This document shows, piece by piece, positions 16,076-30,475 of a stretch of DNA of 64,000 bases. Each line of letters starts with the position of its first letter. Within the stretch, counting starts at the first letter, position 1. This DNA comes from Octopus vulgaris (Eukaryota), in assembly GCA_951406725.2 (NCBI GenBank), contig OX597817.1, positions 62,000,001-62,064,000 of the forward strand, in the 5' to 3' direction. The notes under the pieces are model-generated. The model made no database searches. It was not told the origin of the DNA and worked only from the letters and a program-made list of their open reading frames with translations. The position numbers and the translations under genes were made by a program.

Positions 16076-17210
16076 CTAATAAAAAAAGAAAGAAAATACA
16101 GAAGTAAAGTTGGAAAAAAGAACAATAACACAAAAAGAAAAAAAAAATACATTGGTAACTTCAAGAAATTTGGTAAATATAAAAATGATTTATAAATTTA
16201 TAAATGAATAAATAAATAAATGCAATTTGAGATAATTATGTTATTTACGAAATTCAGTTGCACAAAATTTCAGTATCATAATAGTAATTTTTAAATAACA
16301 CAGTTCGTAACAGTAATTTCCTTCGAAGCTTTTGATTATTTTCTTTCTTATTTTTGATAAGGCGAATTCTTCCCGAAATATTAGAGGAACATTAAGCAAC
16401 CTATGTAATGTGATACAATATCTTTTATTTCACTCTATATTTAGTTACTGACATCATCGTATATACTTTGCCTAACGTTTCCCCGATATTGCTCAAAGTT
16501 TGTTTTAGATATTTAATATCATTTACAAATTACAATGCTTCAAGCAAATTATAATACTTTATTTTAAAGATTCTTTTAAACTATAAAGGCATATGTCTAG
16601 TTACAATCAAGAAATAGGAGAAGTTAATTTCAAGAAGGAATATGAAAATCGAATAAGTAACTGGTAAAAATATGTTGAAATTTTCAAATATATAAAAGAA
16701 AAAATGCTTATTCAAATTAAATAATGCTCCTGTACGTTTTGAAAAATACTTTTTTATGGATAAGTGTCCCGTAAACAACAAAATATGTCACAATTTTTAA
16801 GAGATAGCTTTTCCAAGTGTGTCTGTATATACTTGTTAACTGAACTTAATATAGTTCTAAAAATACAAAATATAAGCGTTAATTTATTTTATAAACCAAT
16901 AACACATCGAAACCCATTTAACAATTCAGAAAACCGTATAAATTATATATCTAACATCAACATTTATTTAAATGATCAAAATTGGAAGTGAAATTTTTTC
17001 TGAATTGAATAAATTTACACAAATCATATTAAATGTTTAATCGACATTAAACAAATATTATTGTTTTGGCAATCGCTGGGACACTATTTGTGGGGAATGC
17101 GTACAATTCGATGATTTTTTTTCTATACCCAAGAAGCAGTGGAACGTAAGTACAGAGAAACAGATGAATACTGGAAGTATTTTTTCATTCGATATTTTAC
17201 ATTTTCTTCT

Positions 17211-17622
17211 CAGGAGTGGCTGTGTGGTAAGTAGCTTGCTAACCAACCACATGGTACCGGGTTCAGAACCACTGCGTGGCATCTTGGGCAAGTGTCTTCT
17301 GCTATAGCCCCGGGCCGACCAATGCCTTGTGAGTGGATTTGGTAGACAGAAACTGAAAGAAGCCTGTCGTATATATGTATATATATATGCATGTGTGTTT
17401 GATTGTGTGTCTGTGTTTGTCCCCCTAGCATTGCTTGACAACCGATGCTGGTGTGTTTACGTCCCCGTTACTTAGCGGTTCGGCAAAAGAGACCGATAGA
17501 ATAAGTACTGGGCTTACAAAAAGAATAAGTTCCGGGGTCGAGTTGCTCGATTAAAGGCGGTGCTCCAGCATGGCCGCAGTCAAATGACTGAAACAAGTAA
17601 AAGAGTAAAAGAGTAAAAGAGT
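17211..17622 (+). mobile_element. tRNA-derived SINE, family B (composite, internal microsatellite, (AAAAGAGT)n tail)
   Basis: A box TGGCTGTGTGG, B-like GGTTCAG, CTTGGGCAAGTGTCTT core, internal (TA/TG)n, second module ...GCGGTTCGGCAAAAGAGACCG... and a tandem tail. Confidence 0.85.
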
Positions 17623-17674
17623 ATTGAAATGTTAGATATTGAAATTTTCCACATAGTTAAATATCTTCATAAGT

Positions 17675-18150
17675 TGTCTGATCAATAAGTACCCGAACTG
17701 TTGCCATAGTAACGAAGCAAAAACACTCAGTGAAGCCGCTTGGCACAGACTGACCTTGAACTCTGCTGTATGTGCACTCTAAGTTTTAACGTTCTAGCTT
17801 ACTTCCACTGTTTACAGCAGCGCTTGGATGAAATGTATGTATCCTCTGATCGTCGCATTGACCATGACAGACAAAGTTGAGCTGAGAATCTTCAGCTTTG
17901 TGATACCTGCTCAGAAACCTACGCAAAGTTTTCAAAACGCGTGCATCGTTCTCAATACGATCAAGGAGATCTAGTGCAACTGAAACCCCAATGTCTTTTT
18001 GGTCAGTTGAAAACCGTTTTGGCACAAACTTGGCAGACAAGCGCTCATACCCAATCTTCAGTGATAATGAACTGAACTGAATCGTAACTAATCTGCATAT
18101 CCTCTGATGGCTCACAGATGGTGATTTGACGATTTAACCCCACAGCTACA
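17675..18150 (+). mobile_element. Rearranged mariner relic
   Basis: TIR-like ctgatcaataagtacccgaactg and a plus-strand N-terminus MTDKVELRI...TCSETYAK are followed by a minus-strand segment GYERLSAKFVPKRFSTDQKDIGVSVALDLLDRIENDARVLK (mariner WVP linker region). Confidence 0.7.
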
Positions 18151-18767
18151 CACACATCTGCGATGGTTTTTTCTAATTTTTCTATAAATTTCCTCTGATT
18201 AGCTTCCGAAACGTGAAGCCACGTTCCCTTCCATTTAAGCGTTAACCAAATTTGTTATCCCTGTGATGTCAAGTATTTTCTGTTCGTTTGCTTTATAACA
18301 TATTTTTAACACGGACCTCATATGAATACATACACACATACACGTATACATGCGTGTACACACACACTTTAAACCTATATAATTTTGTCTGAGAATGCGT
18401 CTGGTAGGAATAAATGCATTTAAAAATTGCATGTGTAAAGTTAGTCGCCACCTATAAGTGGTTGTCCCATGTTTCTACTAATTTAACCCCAGGCAGATTC
18501 TCCGCCAGTTGGTATTCGGTACGACTCTGTAGCGTTTGTACACAATGTATTGTTAGCAGGGGGAGCGAACCCCTATCACCCTCTAGCAGAGTTGCACCGA
18601 CAACCAGGTGGCAGAGAATCTGACTGAGGTTAAACTAGTAGTGACATGGCATGGCCACTTGGATGTGGCGACGGACTTTCTTTTTTAGTATAATTACTAC
18701 TCTGATCTCCTCTTGAGATTTTTACAACTAGCAATTTTGCTTATGTATATAAAGTATATATGTATGC

Positions 18768-18820
<53 letters not shown>

Positions 18821-19645
18821 CATACATACATATATATATATTAGCTAACTTCATTAATAGCACATAGCACATATGCACATAAGTAAACAAGTAAACGATG
18901 TTATTTGGGAAATTTAATAGAAAATATTAATAATAAAGTAAAGAGTAATGAAAAAAGATATTCTTCACAGTTCCTGTCGTGTCTCTCTTCTTCCTTTCCT
19001 TTTTGTCATTTTGGTAAAATTCAGTACGAATTTTTGGTCCAAAATATTTTCAATTCGTTAAGAATATAAATTTAGAAAGACAAAAACACTAGAAAACAAA
19101 ATACATCAATATGTTTTCCCCATAATTTAACACTAATATAACCTAGTCTTTTCATCATTTATCATCTTCTTTAATAAAATATATTTTCTCATAAATAATA
19201 ACAATTATAGTAATAAAACGAATGAATTATCTATTTATAATTTTTATTGAAATATTCACTAATTTAAGAGAGTCAAAAACATTCGGTTTTTTATCACGTG
19301 CATGAAGGACGAAGCAAGATTTGTGAAACTGGACTTTGTATGTATTTATATAAGTATGTATGTATGTATGTATGTATGTATGTATGTATGTATGTATGTA
19401 TGTATGTACGTACGTACGTACGTACGTACGTATGTATGTATGTATGTATGTATGCATGCATGCATGCATGTATGTATGTATGTAAGTAGGTAGGTAGGTA
19501 GGTAGGTAGGTAGGTAGCTAGCTAGCTAAATGTATATATTTTTAAAGACACAGGCGTATATACACGGGAATAGAGGGACATACATATAAATACGCATAAC
19601 TACTCATATAGATATATATTTAGATAGATAGACAGACTGACAAAC

Positions 19646-19747
<102 letters not shown>

Positions 19748-20449
19748 GTAGGTAGATAACTTTCTTTATTGGCCACACAGGGCTGAATACAGAGGGGACA
19801 AATACAAATGTAGAGCTTTTCTTTTTGAAGATAGAAAAAGAAAAAAGGAACAAAAAAGGAAACAAATGTAAAATTCCAATCAAAAGGGATCGGAAAAATA
19901 GAGGGCGATCAAAAGGGATCGTGTATCACAGAAACAAATTTTCTTAAAAGTAAGAAGCAAGATTAAGCTCATCCGTGGGAAGAAAAGCCTACAGTTTAAA
20001 AGTTTAAAATAAAGAATATATAAGCACTCATAAATGTATAATGTTATAAGCTGACATAGCAGACAAGGTAGGAATGAAGATGACGTATGCCGTCTGTATG
20101 GCTTCCACCCTTCTTGGGTCGGAAAGGGGACTCCAGTGTATCGGTAAAAATTGCGATAAGCTAGGGAGAAATAAATATGCCCTCCGCGTGGAGTAGACTC
20201 TTTCTTCTGTTTCCTGTCTACAGTTTAACCTAGTTTTTCTCCTGCGATTAAGCTAAAAATGAGCTATTCTTCCTCTGTTTATGAAATTCCTTTGCCTGAC
20301 ATTTCCACATGGACATGTCCATCGAGGGGAAAATCGCACACTATCGATGTGATAAGAATGCTTTGGTGCTTAGCTTAGTCACTCAGGGAATTAGCAATTG
20401 AGCAGTTTCATATCATGTTTTGAGGGGTTAGCGTTGCAATGTATTTAGA

Positions 20450-21860
20450 GGTGAGCGAAGCAGTCCAACAAGATGTGGGACGAATATGAGGAAGGTTAAA
20501 TGAATCTTTTACAGTGTAAACATTTTGACCTGTGGGGAAGCTGGAGAGAGGACAGTTGTGATGATGAGGGATATCACGCAGCGGTTAAGAAAGGCGGATC
20601 CAGTAAGAAGAAATTGGTAAGTCAGAGAGAAGTGTTGATTGGCGTGATTGTAGCAGCACAACGACGGGTGTTGTCCTGCAATTAGGTGAAGTCGAGGTAG
20701 TTTATGCAGCCTGGCCTAGAAAAATGATCAGAACTATATCAATGTGAACGAGTTGGTTGCTGCGTTGAAAGGAATAAGTTTAGCTTTGAAATAAAGGTTG
20801 TGTGATGCTCAAATCGGAACTGATTTGGATACGTTACTTGGGATTAGTAATTACTCGTGAAAACAGAATCCAAACAAAGAAAGCTGCAGAGATTACTGTA
20901 AGTAAAACAATGCCTGGATATCCTAAAAGAGTTGATCAAAGAATTTGAAAAGAAAATACGAGTAATCTTTTAGCCTCAGTAGAAAGTAAATCAGATGTTC
21001 TTATTAGTGTGAGAAAAACCTGGATGGGGTTACCTAAGTATTTAGAGACAGGAGTGACTATAGCGAGCTGCTTAATGTCTTGGAGTTGAAGCTGAACTAC
21101 GAAACGCATCATCTAGGAGTGAACAGAACATTGCTTTTGGCCACACAGGTTGACCCTCATGTCGTTGGGGAGAATATTTGGAAGATGGTTAGAATCTGTG
21201 ACAGATATCAATCGATGGACCCCGCACCAAGTGTGTATGAAAGGGTAGAGATTCGAATGAGAAGCAATTGGGAACGGTTGGCAATGGGTGTGACGCACTA
21301 CTGGCAGGGGATTGTATCAGGTCATGCCTGATTGTGGGCCTGAATGGGTAGCTGTACGTGGAGGAAGGTTAGGGCAATGGGCGAGAGTTGAAATTAATAA
21401 AGTTCTGAAGGAAATATTTGGTGGGAGGAGCCCAGTGGATGGAGTACTGTTAGACGTCAGTACCGTGTTTCGTTCAGAATTATGAGACAGATGTTGGAGA
21501 AGTAGAAGGTCAGGTGCTACTTTAGAGTCGCGTGCAGGCCGAGTAGAAATAGTTCCTAGAGAAGCATCATTGGACAATCAAATCCATTGTCGAAAGCGAT
21601 CGTACTTCTCCAATCGAGTTCGTATCCTTGTACAACATATTGCTTCGGTCAGATCAAACGGAAAAGTCGGGGTTCCACACAGCCGTATTCTAGTATGAGT
21701 GGAGACATCCAATTAGAATAGCAGCAGATATCGGAGAAGGATTTGCATCTGTTCATGTCTCGTGTCAGAGATGAGATTTGGTTGAAACCACCCAATATGC
21801 ATTGTATATCCTAGTGGAAGAAGGGAAGGGTGATTGAGAGCGATTCCTTGAAAAACATTT
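20450..21860 (+). mobile_element. Second degenerate Gypsy pol relic (RNase H plus integrase)
   Basis: RNase H-like INVNELVAALKGISLALK; integrase zinc region HHLGVNRTLLLA...VRICDRYQSMDPAP; core NWERLAMGVTHY ... LLDVSTVFRS ... EKHHWTIKSI. Frameshifted. Confidence 0.75.
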
Positions 21861-21894
21861 TTTAAAGAGGTCAATGAGGTAAGTGATGTTAGAA

Positions 21895-22080
21895 ACTAAG
21901 CAAATGAAATGGACAATGGTATTGAGTAAGCCATACGTAGTAGTCGGTCTCTTTTTTCCCTCTCAAGCAGATTGCTAGGGCGTTGGTGGAAAGAGCGAAG
22001 AGTGAGGGAGAAAAACAGTTTCCACATAGAATAGACATTATTTTCATTTCGTGGGATACTCTGTTATCTTTTTCTCCTGC
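21895..22080 (-). mobile_element. R4/Dong-like RT fragment
   Basis: MKIMSILCGNCFSPSLFALSTNALA...HLL resembles the RT motif GIFQGDSLSPLLFCLALNPLS...HLL. Confidence 0.5.
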
Positions 22081-22116
22081 GGTGAAATGGTTTTTCCTCT
22101 GCTCCATTAAACCCCG

Positions 22117-22190
<74 letters not shown>

Positions 22191-22325
22191 GCACACACAC
22201 ACACATATATATATATATGAGAGTGATAGTACTATTAAAAGTACCATCGCTAGTGGCAACGACTACAAGCCGTACAGGCAAAATAATAAAATAAAAAATA
22301 TATACATAAGAAATATATGTATGTA

Positions 22326-22387
<62 letters not shown>

Positions 22388-23000
22388 AGGGTACAGCATG
22401 AGCACCTGTGTCGCTATAAATGTAGAAGTCAAAAATACTTCTATGCCACGGAATAGTTAAAAAATTAATACAGGCATGATATGAAAAAAAATTGAGAAAT
22501 TGATCAGTTTCGTCATCGCCATGTTTTCAGGCAAATGATGTGCGATTATTTTCCTGAGTCAATAAACGAACCGCAACTCAACTAATTTAGACGCAGGAGA
22601 CAAAATATTATTAACACACGTGGTTTTATTGTCTTCTTTTCGACATATATGTTTAGCTGTCTAAATAGCACATAATCTATCAGAAGAAAAAAAACTGGAT
22701 ATTTTTGATTCATAAATCAATATTTTCATATAAAGTAGATGGTGTAAGAATTGAATCTGTCTTTCAGGTGTTCACGCCACAATATAATATTTCTAATGAA
22801 GTAATAAAATATACAATATGCTACTTATATCTAATTTTTTTTTCCTATTTACATATGTTTATATATCTTTAAAAATAAATCTTCGCTTGATAGACATTAG
22901 ACTGGCTCTGCATCATCAAAAAAATTCTTGTAATTAATTTCTATATTAATGGATAAATGAGAAGAAAAACAAGCCTGAAAACTTGTTACCAAAAAAGAAA

Positions 23001-23258
23001 TAGTAGTAGTAGTAGTAGTAATAGTAGTAGTGGTGGTGGTGGTGGTGGTGGTGGTGGTGGTGGCGGCGGCGGCGGCGGTGATGGTGGTGGTGGCGGCGGC
23101 GGTGGTGGTGGTGGTGGTAGTGGTGGGGTGGTAGTAGTAGTAGTAGTAGTAAGAAGAATAAGAAAAAGAAGAGGAAGAAGAAAAAGGAGAAGAAGTAGAA
23201 AAAAGAAGAAGCAGAAGAAGAAGAAGAAGAAGAAGAAGAAGAAGAAGAAGAAGAAGAA
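23001..23258. repeat. Compound trinucleotide microsatellite (TAG/GGT/GGC/AAG)n
   Basis: Directly visible. Confidence 0.95.
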
Positions 23259-23786
23259 TTATAATAATCGTTTGATACAATCTTAGTAAGGAAATGGCAA
23301 TAATATATTCCTTGTCTGATGAAAAGAGATTTTTTTCCAACAAACTACAAAATAAGAGAAAAAAGAAGAAATAAATAAAAGAATTATCAAAACCTGGTAT
23401 AATTTTCTTTATGTTCCATGGCATTGTGTCGTCCGTTATGTGATAAAAACTCATTCATAAAATATAGTTTTCATTATAGAAAAAATAGAAAAGACGTTTG
23501 GTTGATTGCGCTCTGGTGGTATGAATTATTTGATAATAATTTTGTAGAAATACGTTTATGTGATATATCTTATTTCTTCAAAAAAAAAAATTTAACATAT
23601 CAAACATATCAATCTTCTCGGGATAAATCTCTCTGTCTCTCTCCCCCTCTCGCTCCCCTCTCCCCCTCTCTCCCTTCTCTCCCTCTCTGTATATATAAAT
23701 ATATGTACATATAACTTACAAGCTTCATTATCTTACAGCTGCTTCTGCAATACGATGCAGTGGACTCATAGCTGAGTGCCTGGATA

Positions 23787-23935
23787 GTCCGTGTTCAGAG
23801 GTGGAATTTTATATGTAGGATGTCAGTCGGTACTAAAGAGAGTATGGCACCCTAATTTGGTCACCACTTGGTGCCATACACTCTTTAGTACCAACTGACA
23901 TCCTACATATAAACTTCCACCTCTGAAACACAGAC
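23787..23935. repeat. 65-bp imperfect inverted repeat, 18-nt spacer
   Basis: 23787-23851 vs 23870-23935, about 5 differences. Confidence 0.9.
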
Positions 23936-25439
23936 CATATTTTCAAACCCACCACTGTAAACACAAACAAAATAAGAACCACTGCTTAAATTTACCCATC
24001 CTAAAAATCTCATCCTTAGAACGAATATACCTACCTATCCACCACTGAACAAAATAACATGAATCTTGAAAGGCAACACTTGAAGTCTATGACTTATTTC
24101 TCTTTCCTATATCTAATCCATTTTACTAAGTTTTACTCCTCTCACACTCAAAGTCTTGCTCCTATTCTTATGCCCTCTTCAATAAGAAAAATATACTGTA
24201 CCTATTAGTAACTAACCTTGTAGGTATCGGTTCTCCTAACCATTTAGACCCTCTGATGAAGCCTAGACGCACATTCAACATCCAAACTCTATTTACCCAT
24301 CCCTGCAGAACACTGAAGAGATGGAGCTAGCGTGGAGGATGTCGTAGCCTCTTGGCAAAAACAGCCGTAAGGAACTGCTCTTTTAATCTTTTACTCATTT
24401 ATGTATTGCTAGTATATATTTGTGTAGCACACAGTCTTTGCATGTGTATGTATTCTTATAATACTCCCATTTATTTTGGAATAAATAGACATAATAGAAT
24501 GTCTACCGGCTGATGTATGTCATTTTTGCATCCCCTCCATTTTCTTTTTGCCGTATAAATTAAGGGTAAACCACTTTTTACCCCCGGCCATGTATGACAC
24601 TCGATTGCGAAATTGCCACGCAACAACCAACACTTGGGCATTAATAATTGGGCACACTACCAGCAGTATATTGGATAGGTACTCTCCCTTAGTTGGTTGG
24701 CTTCCCAACATCTAACTCTCATGGAAATATATATATATGTATGACTCTTACTCTATCTTTTAGTCACCCCTCATACTTTCTTCCACTTTTCTTTTTCTCG
24801 CTCCACCTTCTTTTCCCACATTTCTTAGCCCTCTCTTTCCTTAACTCCCACTTTTCTTCCTCGTTTATCTCCCCTGTACATTTTCCTTTGTCTCTGGTTT
24901 TTCTTCTAATCCTTCAATCCAGCTGCCCCCTACCCATCTCTCCTCCTTCCACGTGACTGTTGTCCGGTAGGCTATAATCTTTCTTTCTTGACCTGACTGC
25001 CGACTGCCAACACTCTTATGTCTATCTCATATGTTCCTGATTTTAGGCTTTCACTTCATACATGCCAGCTCAATTTGACTCGTTCTCAGTCGAAAGACAT
25101 CTGTTGTTATATTCTTGTTGTTTGTATTTGTAATTGTGTACCATGTTCTCCGTTTTTTGTCTTTGTTGCCGTACACATTCGCTAGATTTCTTACAAAAAT
25201 GTCTAATGCTCTTAGCTTGGACTTTTTTGGGGGTAATCTGACCGAACTGTTTCAAGTGTAACTGCCCGAAACAGTAAGGATTTCTCATATACTTGACTGA
25301 GGAAAGAAGGCCACGAATGACCCGTCTTTTTTTACCTCTCCTTCTAATTGTTGTTTCTCTTGTCCACCTTTGTATCGTCTATTTGTCTGAGTGTTTTATT
25401 GTCCTCTATTGTGTTTTTGTTCCATTTTTTATATTTATA

Positions 25440-25840
25440 TTCTTTCATTCTTTTGTTTCAGTTATTTGACTGCGGCCATGCTGGAGCACCGCCTTTAGTC
25501 TAGCAAATCACCCCCAGGACTTATTTTTGCAAGCCTAGTAATTATTCTATCGGGCTCTTTTAACGAACCAATAAGTACCGGAGACATAAACACACCAGCG
25601 TCGGTTGTCAGACGATGTTGTGGGGACAAACAGAGACAGACAAACATATACACACACATACACACACATACATACAGACACACATATATATATACGATGG
25701 GCTTCTTTCAATTTCCATCTGCCAAATCCACTAACCAGGCTTTGGTTGGCCCGAGGCTATAGTAGAAGACAATTGCCCAAGAGATTGAACCCGGAACCAT
25801 GTGGCTGGCAAGCAAACTACTTACTACAGCCACTCCTGCG
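25440..25840 (-). mobile_element. SINE family B copy
   Basis: Reverse complement of the 17211 element across both modules. Confidence 0.85.
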
Positions 25841-25993
25841 ATAATATATATATATATATATATATTTACATACCACTGTGATCACCGTGACCGAGTAGGT
25901 TATCAGATGTTTCTACACATCGCTGGTCACAATGCGCTTCGCATTGTTTTAGCCTTCAAATGACGCAACTCCGCTGACTAAGCGAGCAGGTCA

Positions 25994-26028
<35 letters not shown>

Positions 26029-26236
26029 TGTATGTATGTATGTATGTATGTATGTATGTATGTATGTATGTATGTATATGTATGTATATAGCTTTTAAAT
26101 TCGTTTATGGTAACGTTAGGGGTATGCAAATAAAGCTCTTATTTCATTATGCTGGCTATCGTCTAATAATGCTGATTAGTATGTAAGTTTTTCGGGGTTG
26201 CATCATGGTTATACCGATATAATGTAGGATAAATAT

Positions 26237-26653
26237 AACAACGATAATTCTAGAATGGAATATATAAATGTTTAATACATCGCTACGCGCGTTTTCACCT
26301 GATTTTAACATTAGAGTTAGTATCTTTGTGATCAGTACAGTATAGATTGTATTATCCGCGGGCATTTAGTTGATCATCATCATTGATTCATTTCATCAAT
26401 CTGCATTCCGGGATGAATCACAAAGGGATGTTTATCCCTTCTTGCCAGTATGAAAGATAAACATCCCTCTGTGATTCATCTAATAATGCACCTGATGAAA
26501 TGAATCAATGATGATGATCAACCGGATCCCTACGGATAATACGGACTATACTGTACTAATCCCAAGGGTACCAACTTTGAAGTTCAAATCATGTTATTTG
26601 TGTAAACGCGTATATCGATGTATTAAATATTTATAAATTCCACCCTATTATTG

Positions 26654-26658
<5 letters not shown>
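26237..26658. repeat. About 200-bp diverged inverted repeat, 19-nt spacer
   Basis: ...GATGAATCACAAAGGGATGTTTATC [19 nt] GATAAACATCCCTCTGTGATTCATC..., alignable outwards to GGAATATATAAATG / TATTTATAAATTCC. Confidence 0.85.
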
Positions 26659-26684
<26 letters not shown>

Positions 26685-26720
26685 AGGTGGTGGTGGGTTT
26701 TGTTGTTGTTATTATACATG

Positions 26721-26954
26721 CAGGGTTTGCCAAAAGTCACCAGAAAATAAATCAAGATTCTATTAATAGTTAATATTCAATTTGATTTATTCACTTGGAA
26801 TAAAGGTACCACTCAAGAAGGACTTCAGTTTGAGCTATTTTCATGATGTTTCATATTTAGATGCTTTTATTAAATACATTCAGTTGTTAAACGTAAATAA
26901 ATCTTGGAATTAAATGTGTTTGACTTATTGTCAGGTGACTTTTGGGTAACACGG
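26721..26954. mobile_element. Tc1/mariner-type MITE
   Basis: Imperfect TIRs CAGGGTTTGCCAAAAGTCACC and GGTGACTTTTGGGTAACACGG around an AT-rich interior. Confidence 0.55.
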
Positions 26955-27219
26955 ATAACAAATTATTTTATTTGTTCATTAATGTTCGTAACCTAGGTAC
27001 AAGCTATTGATAGCTATTGAAAATGTTTTTATTTTTCATTCCCTTCGAAATTACTCTTAATCGTTCTTTGGACTTCGACTGTTCCTTTTAACATGTAAAG
27101 TGTCCTGTTAGGGTCACCTCTTTTGTGTATAAATGTACACTAATTTTATATGAATAATATGTTGTCTATTGACTATTTTATGCATGCTAACCACTGGTAG
27201 GAAAATTCTCTAATTTTCA

Positions 27220-27257
<38 letters not shown>

Positions 27258-27328
27258 GATGACATTTCCACAACAAAAATAATAGACATACACACACACT
27301 CAAATACACACATACACGCACCCACAAG

Positions 27329-27380
<52 letters not shown>

Positions 27381-28993
27381 AACACATCCATGTGTGTCGG
27401 AATGGAATGCATGACTGAATGGTTTTGTAACTTGGTTTCGAAACACGTGCTTTCGAGTTCAGTCCCACTGCGCGGCACTTTGGTCAGCTTCAACTATAGT
27501 CCCGGACAGACCAATTCCTTGTGAGTGAATTTGGAAGACGGAGAAAGAGAAGAAGAAGAAGAAGAAGAAGAAGAAGAATTGATCTGAATATTTACAGATT
27601 ACGAAAGGATAGAAGGCAAAGTTGACCTCGACAGAACTTGAACTGTGAGCGAGAGACTCGGAACAAATACTAGAACACTTTTGTACCCAGGCTCCCAAGA
27701 TTTGCATCTTGCTGATGCGTGTGTGTGTGAGTGTGCGTGTACTGTAATTAATTATTTTTGATATGCAAATGTCACCCCGGAGTTATATTTCTTTCTATAA
27801 ATAAACAAGCCTTGAATATAATGACAGTCTTTAAACAAATAAATGTCGTGCGCAAAATCGATCTCGAAGTAACGCCTGTTATCTATATTATTCATAAATG
27901 AAACAGTTGTCTGTACATTGTAGTCCAAGACATTTTAATCTTGCATTAAATTCATTGAAATATATAAGTAATTATTGGAATAGTATTATAGTATATCCTA
28001 TTCTGCATTGTTATAAAGTAGATATGATGTTTACTTATATTAACTCTGTTCAAATTTAGATGAATATTGTTCAATGTCAATAAATATAATAACCAAAACT
28101 TCACATTTATCGATTACGTTTCCGGAATAGAAAAAATTGTTTTGTTTAATGCATTGCCTAATTAATCATAGTATCTTGACACAAGCGAACATTAATTTTC
28201 AAGAAGAATGAGAATTTAATGGACAGAAAAAAATATGAGAAAAAAATCAATAGCAAACGATTTTAATTTTCTTATATCAGAGAATCAGGAAACGAGAAGC
28301 TATAACTTGAGAATATTCAAGATGTTTTCTCGGGGAATGGATAATATATAAAAGTTTGTTGTGTACAACTGATGAGGGTTCAGCAATTTCTTACAGAACA
28401 ACCTGATTTTTTTCATAGTCTTGAAATGTCTGTGCTGTCTTCATCTAATCGACATTGCCTATACAGATGCACGGTGTGTTACACATCAGAAGTGGAAGTG
28501 ATCGCAGAGCGACGTAAAATGAAGTATTTTGTTCAAGAACACAACGCATTGCCCGGTCCTGGAATCGAGACGACACCCTCTCAATAGTGTGTGATACATC
28601 CTAACCATTTGGCCAGTTGCCTTCATACATCAAACAGAATATTTATTAAAAATACTTGCAGAAACTTTTGAACTCAACTAGTTATAAAGATGAAGACAGT
28701 TGCATATTTCAAAAAGACTAACAAGGTACATATAACTGGACGAGTAACAAAAAAATCAGTAGTGTCTACACTACAAAAGTTCAAATTTAATAACTTTTCC
28801 TTCCAAATTCCTTCAAATTTTCCATTATCGCAATTTTCGTGTGGATTATTGATCAACCATTTGTTTAAATCCTTATGACCTTCCTGATTCCTTAAACAAT
28901 AGCCTCGTTGCTCACACGTGACCATCATCCATCTTTCTTTTCCTCACGTAACCATCTTTCTTTTCCTGCTCGGACGTTCAAAATGATGGACGT

Positions 28994-29031
<38 letters not shown>

Positions 29032-30475
29032 ATCTTTTCTCTTTCTCCCAGCGTTCACTATTTTCTTCTCGTTCTGGTCTAACGACCCTCCATATTTGTT
29101 TTCGTCCAGTTTCCTTGTATGTCTCCACTGTCATGTTTTTGTTCCCAACTTTGACCCCCCCACACACACACACCATAAATCCAAAATTTTATTTTAGAAT
29201 TTATGGGAGCAACTGTCTTTGAAGACTCATATTGTCGTTGAATGCTTGAAATAGGAGGTAGATAGACAGCCGACAACTAATGAAGGGTCCTTTCTCTGTG
29301 TTTACTTGTCCTGTATATATATATATATATATATACAATTTAATTTACGACTAATTTTATATGAGTTAGAGCTCCAAGTAGATTATCATTATACAGTTAT
29401 CTTTCAGTATAGTGGTTAGTCAACCACTAGTGTTACTAGTTTTCGTATAGAGAGCATATGTAGGGGAAAATTAAGACAAACATAAGTATAAATTATTAGT
29501 TCCTACGTACGTTTGGAACTCAACATTACATGTTTCAAGTGCATTTGGATAGTTAATCGCAATGGATCATCAGTGGAACACTTTATTACATTCTTACACA
29601 TCTTTGTAACAGAGTGTATTCTGTTACAGATCTTGGAACATGTAATGCTGAGTTCCAAACTACTGCAATGGTCAAACATACGTAGCAACCAATAATTTAT
29701 CAAAGTATCGACCATCAGATGCTGTTACACATCGCTGGTCACAATGCGCTTCCAATTTTTTTTTTGATTGGGCAAAAAGACTTTTTCATCTTGACCAGGC
29801 AAAATCGGATTCCAACTGCCTTTACCGATCTCTTCGTTAGCACATTTATGTCTGCCCATAGATAGATAGATAAATATATTCCAAATTGAAGACTTGTATA
29901 TTATGTAATGTTTTAGGAGTATAATGGATGCGGATGCGGACTATTTTACAAGCACTCCAGCGCAGTTAGAAAGTTAACTGTTCTCTTAAAAATAGAATAA
30001 ACTAGAATGCACATGTGCAGAAGCTGATTAGTATAGGTGGAATGGCGACATACTTGAAAGGGAAATATACTCACTTAAAACTGTGAAGCAATTTATTGGT
30101 TAAAACATTACAATAGCGTTTTTATGGTCGACACGAAAATATATAACACCAAAGATGTACACAAGGCAATTACCTAGGGCTGATCACAATACAGCATCTC
30201 GTGCAGATGTAAAGCAAATTATTAGAAAATACTAGATTCGAGTGAGTGTGAGTAAATGTTTTATGAAGCTTGTGTCGGCAAATTAGTAACGTTTCAAGGG
30301 AAATACATTTATTAGATTTTGTATAACATTCAGCTGAAATTTGTGACACGAAATATTAGTACTTCAGTTCTAAAAGCTTGATAAAATTACTTTTATGTAT
30401 GTATGTATGTATGTATGTATGTATGTATGTATGTATGTATGTATGTATGTATGTATGTATGTATGTATGTATGTA

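Noticed and set aside
20042-20300. Possible LTR for the second Gypsy relic
   Set aside because: TG start only; no second copy, PBS or PPT identified.
25225-25280. Further hammerhead-like halves (GAAACAGTAAGG here; also about 29215-29260 and 32885-32920)
   Set aside because: The CUGANGA half or the stems could not be placed convincingly.
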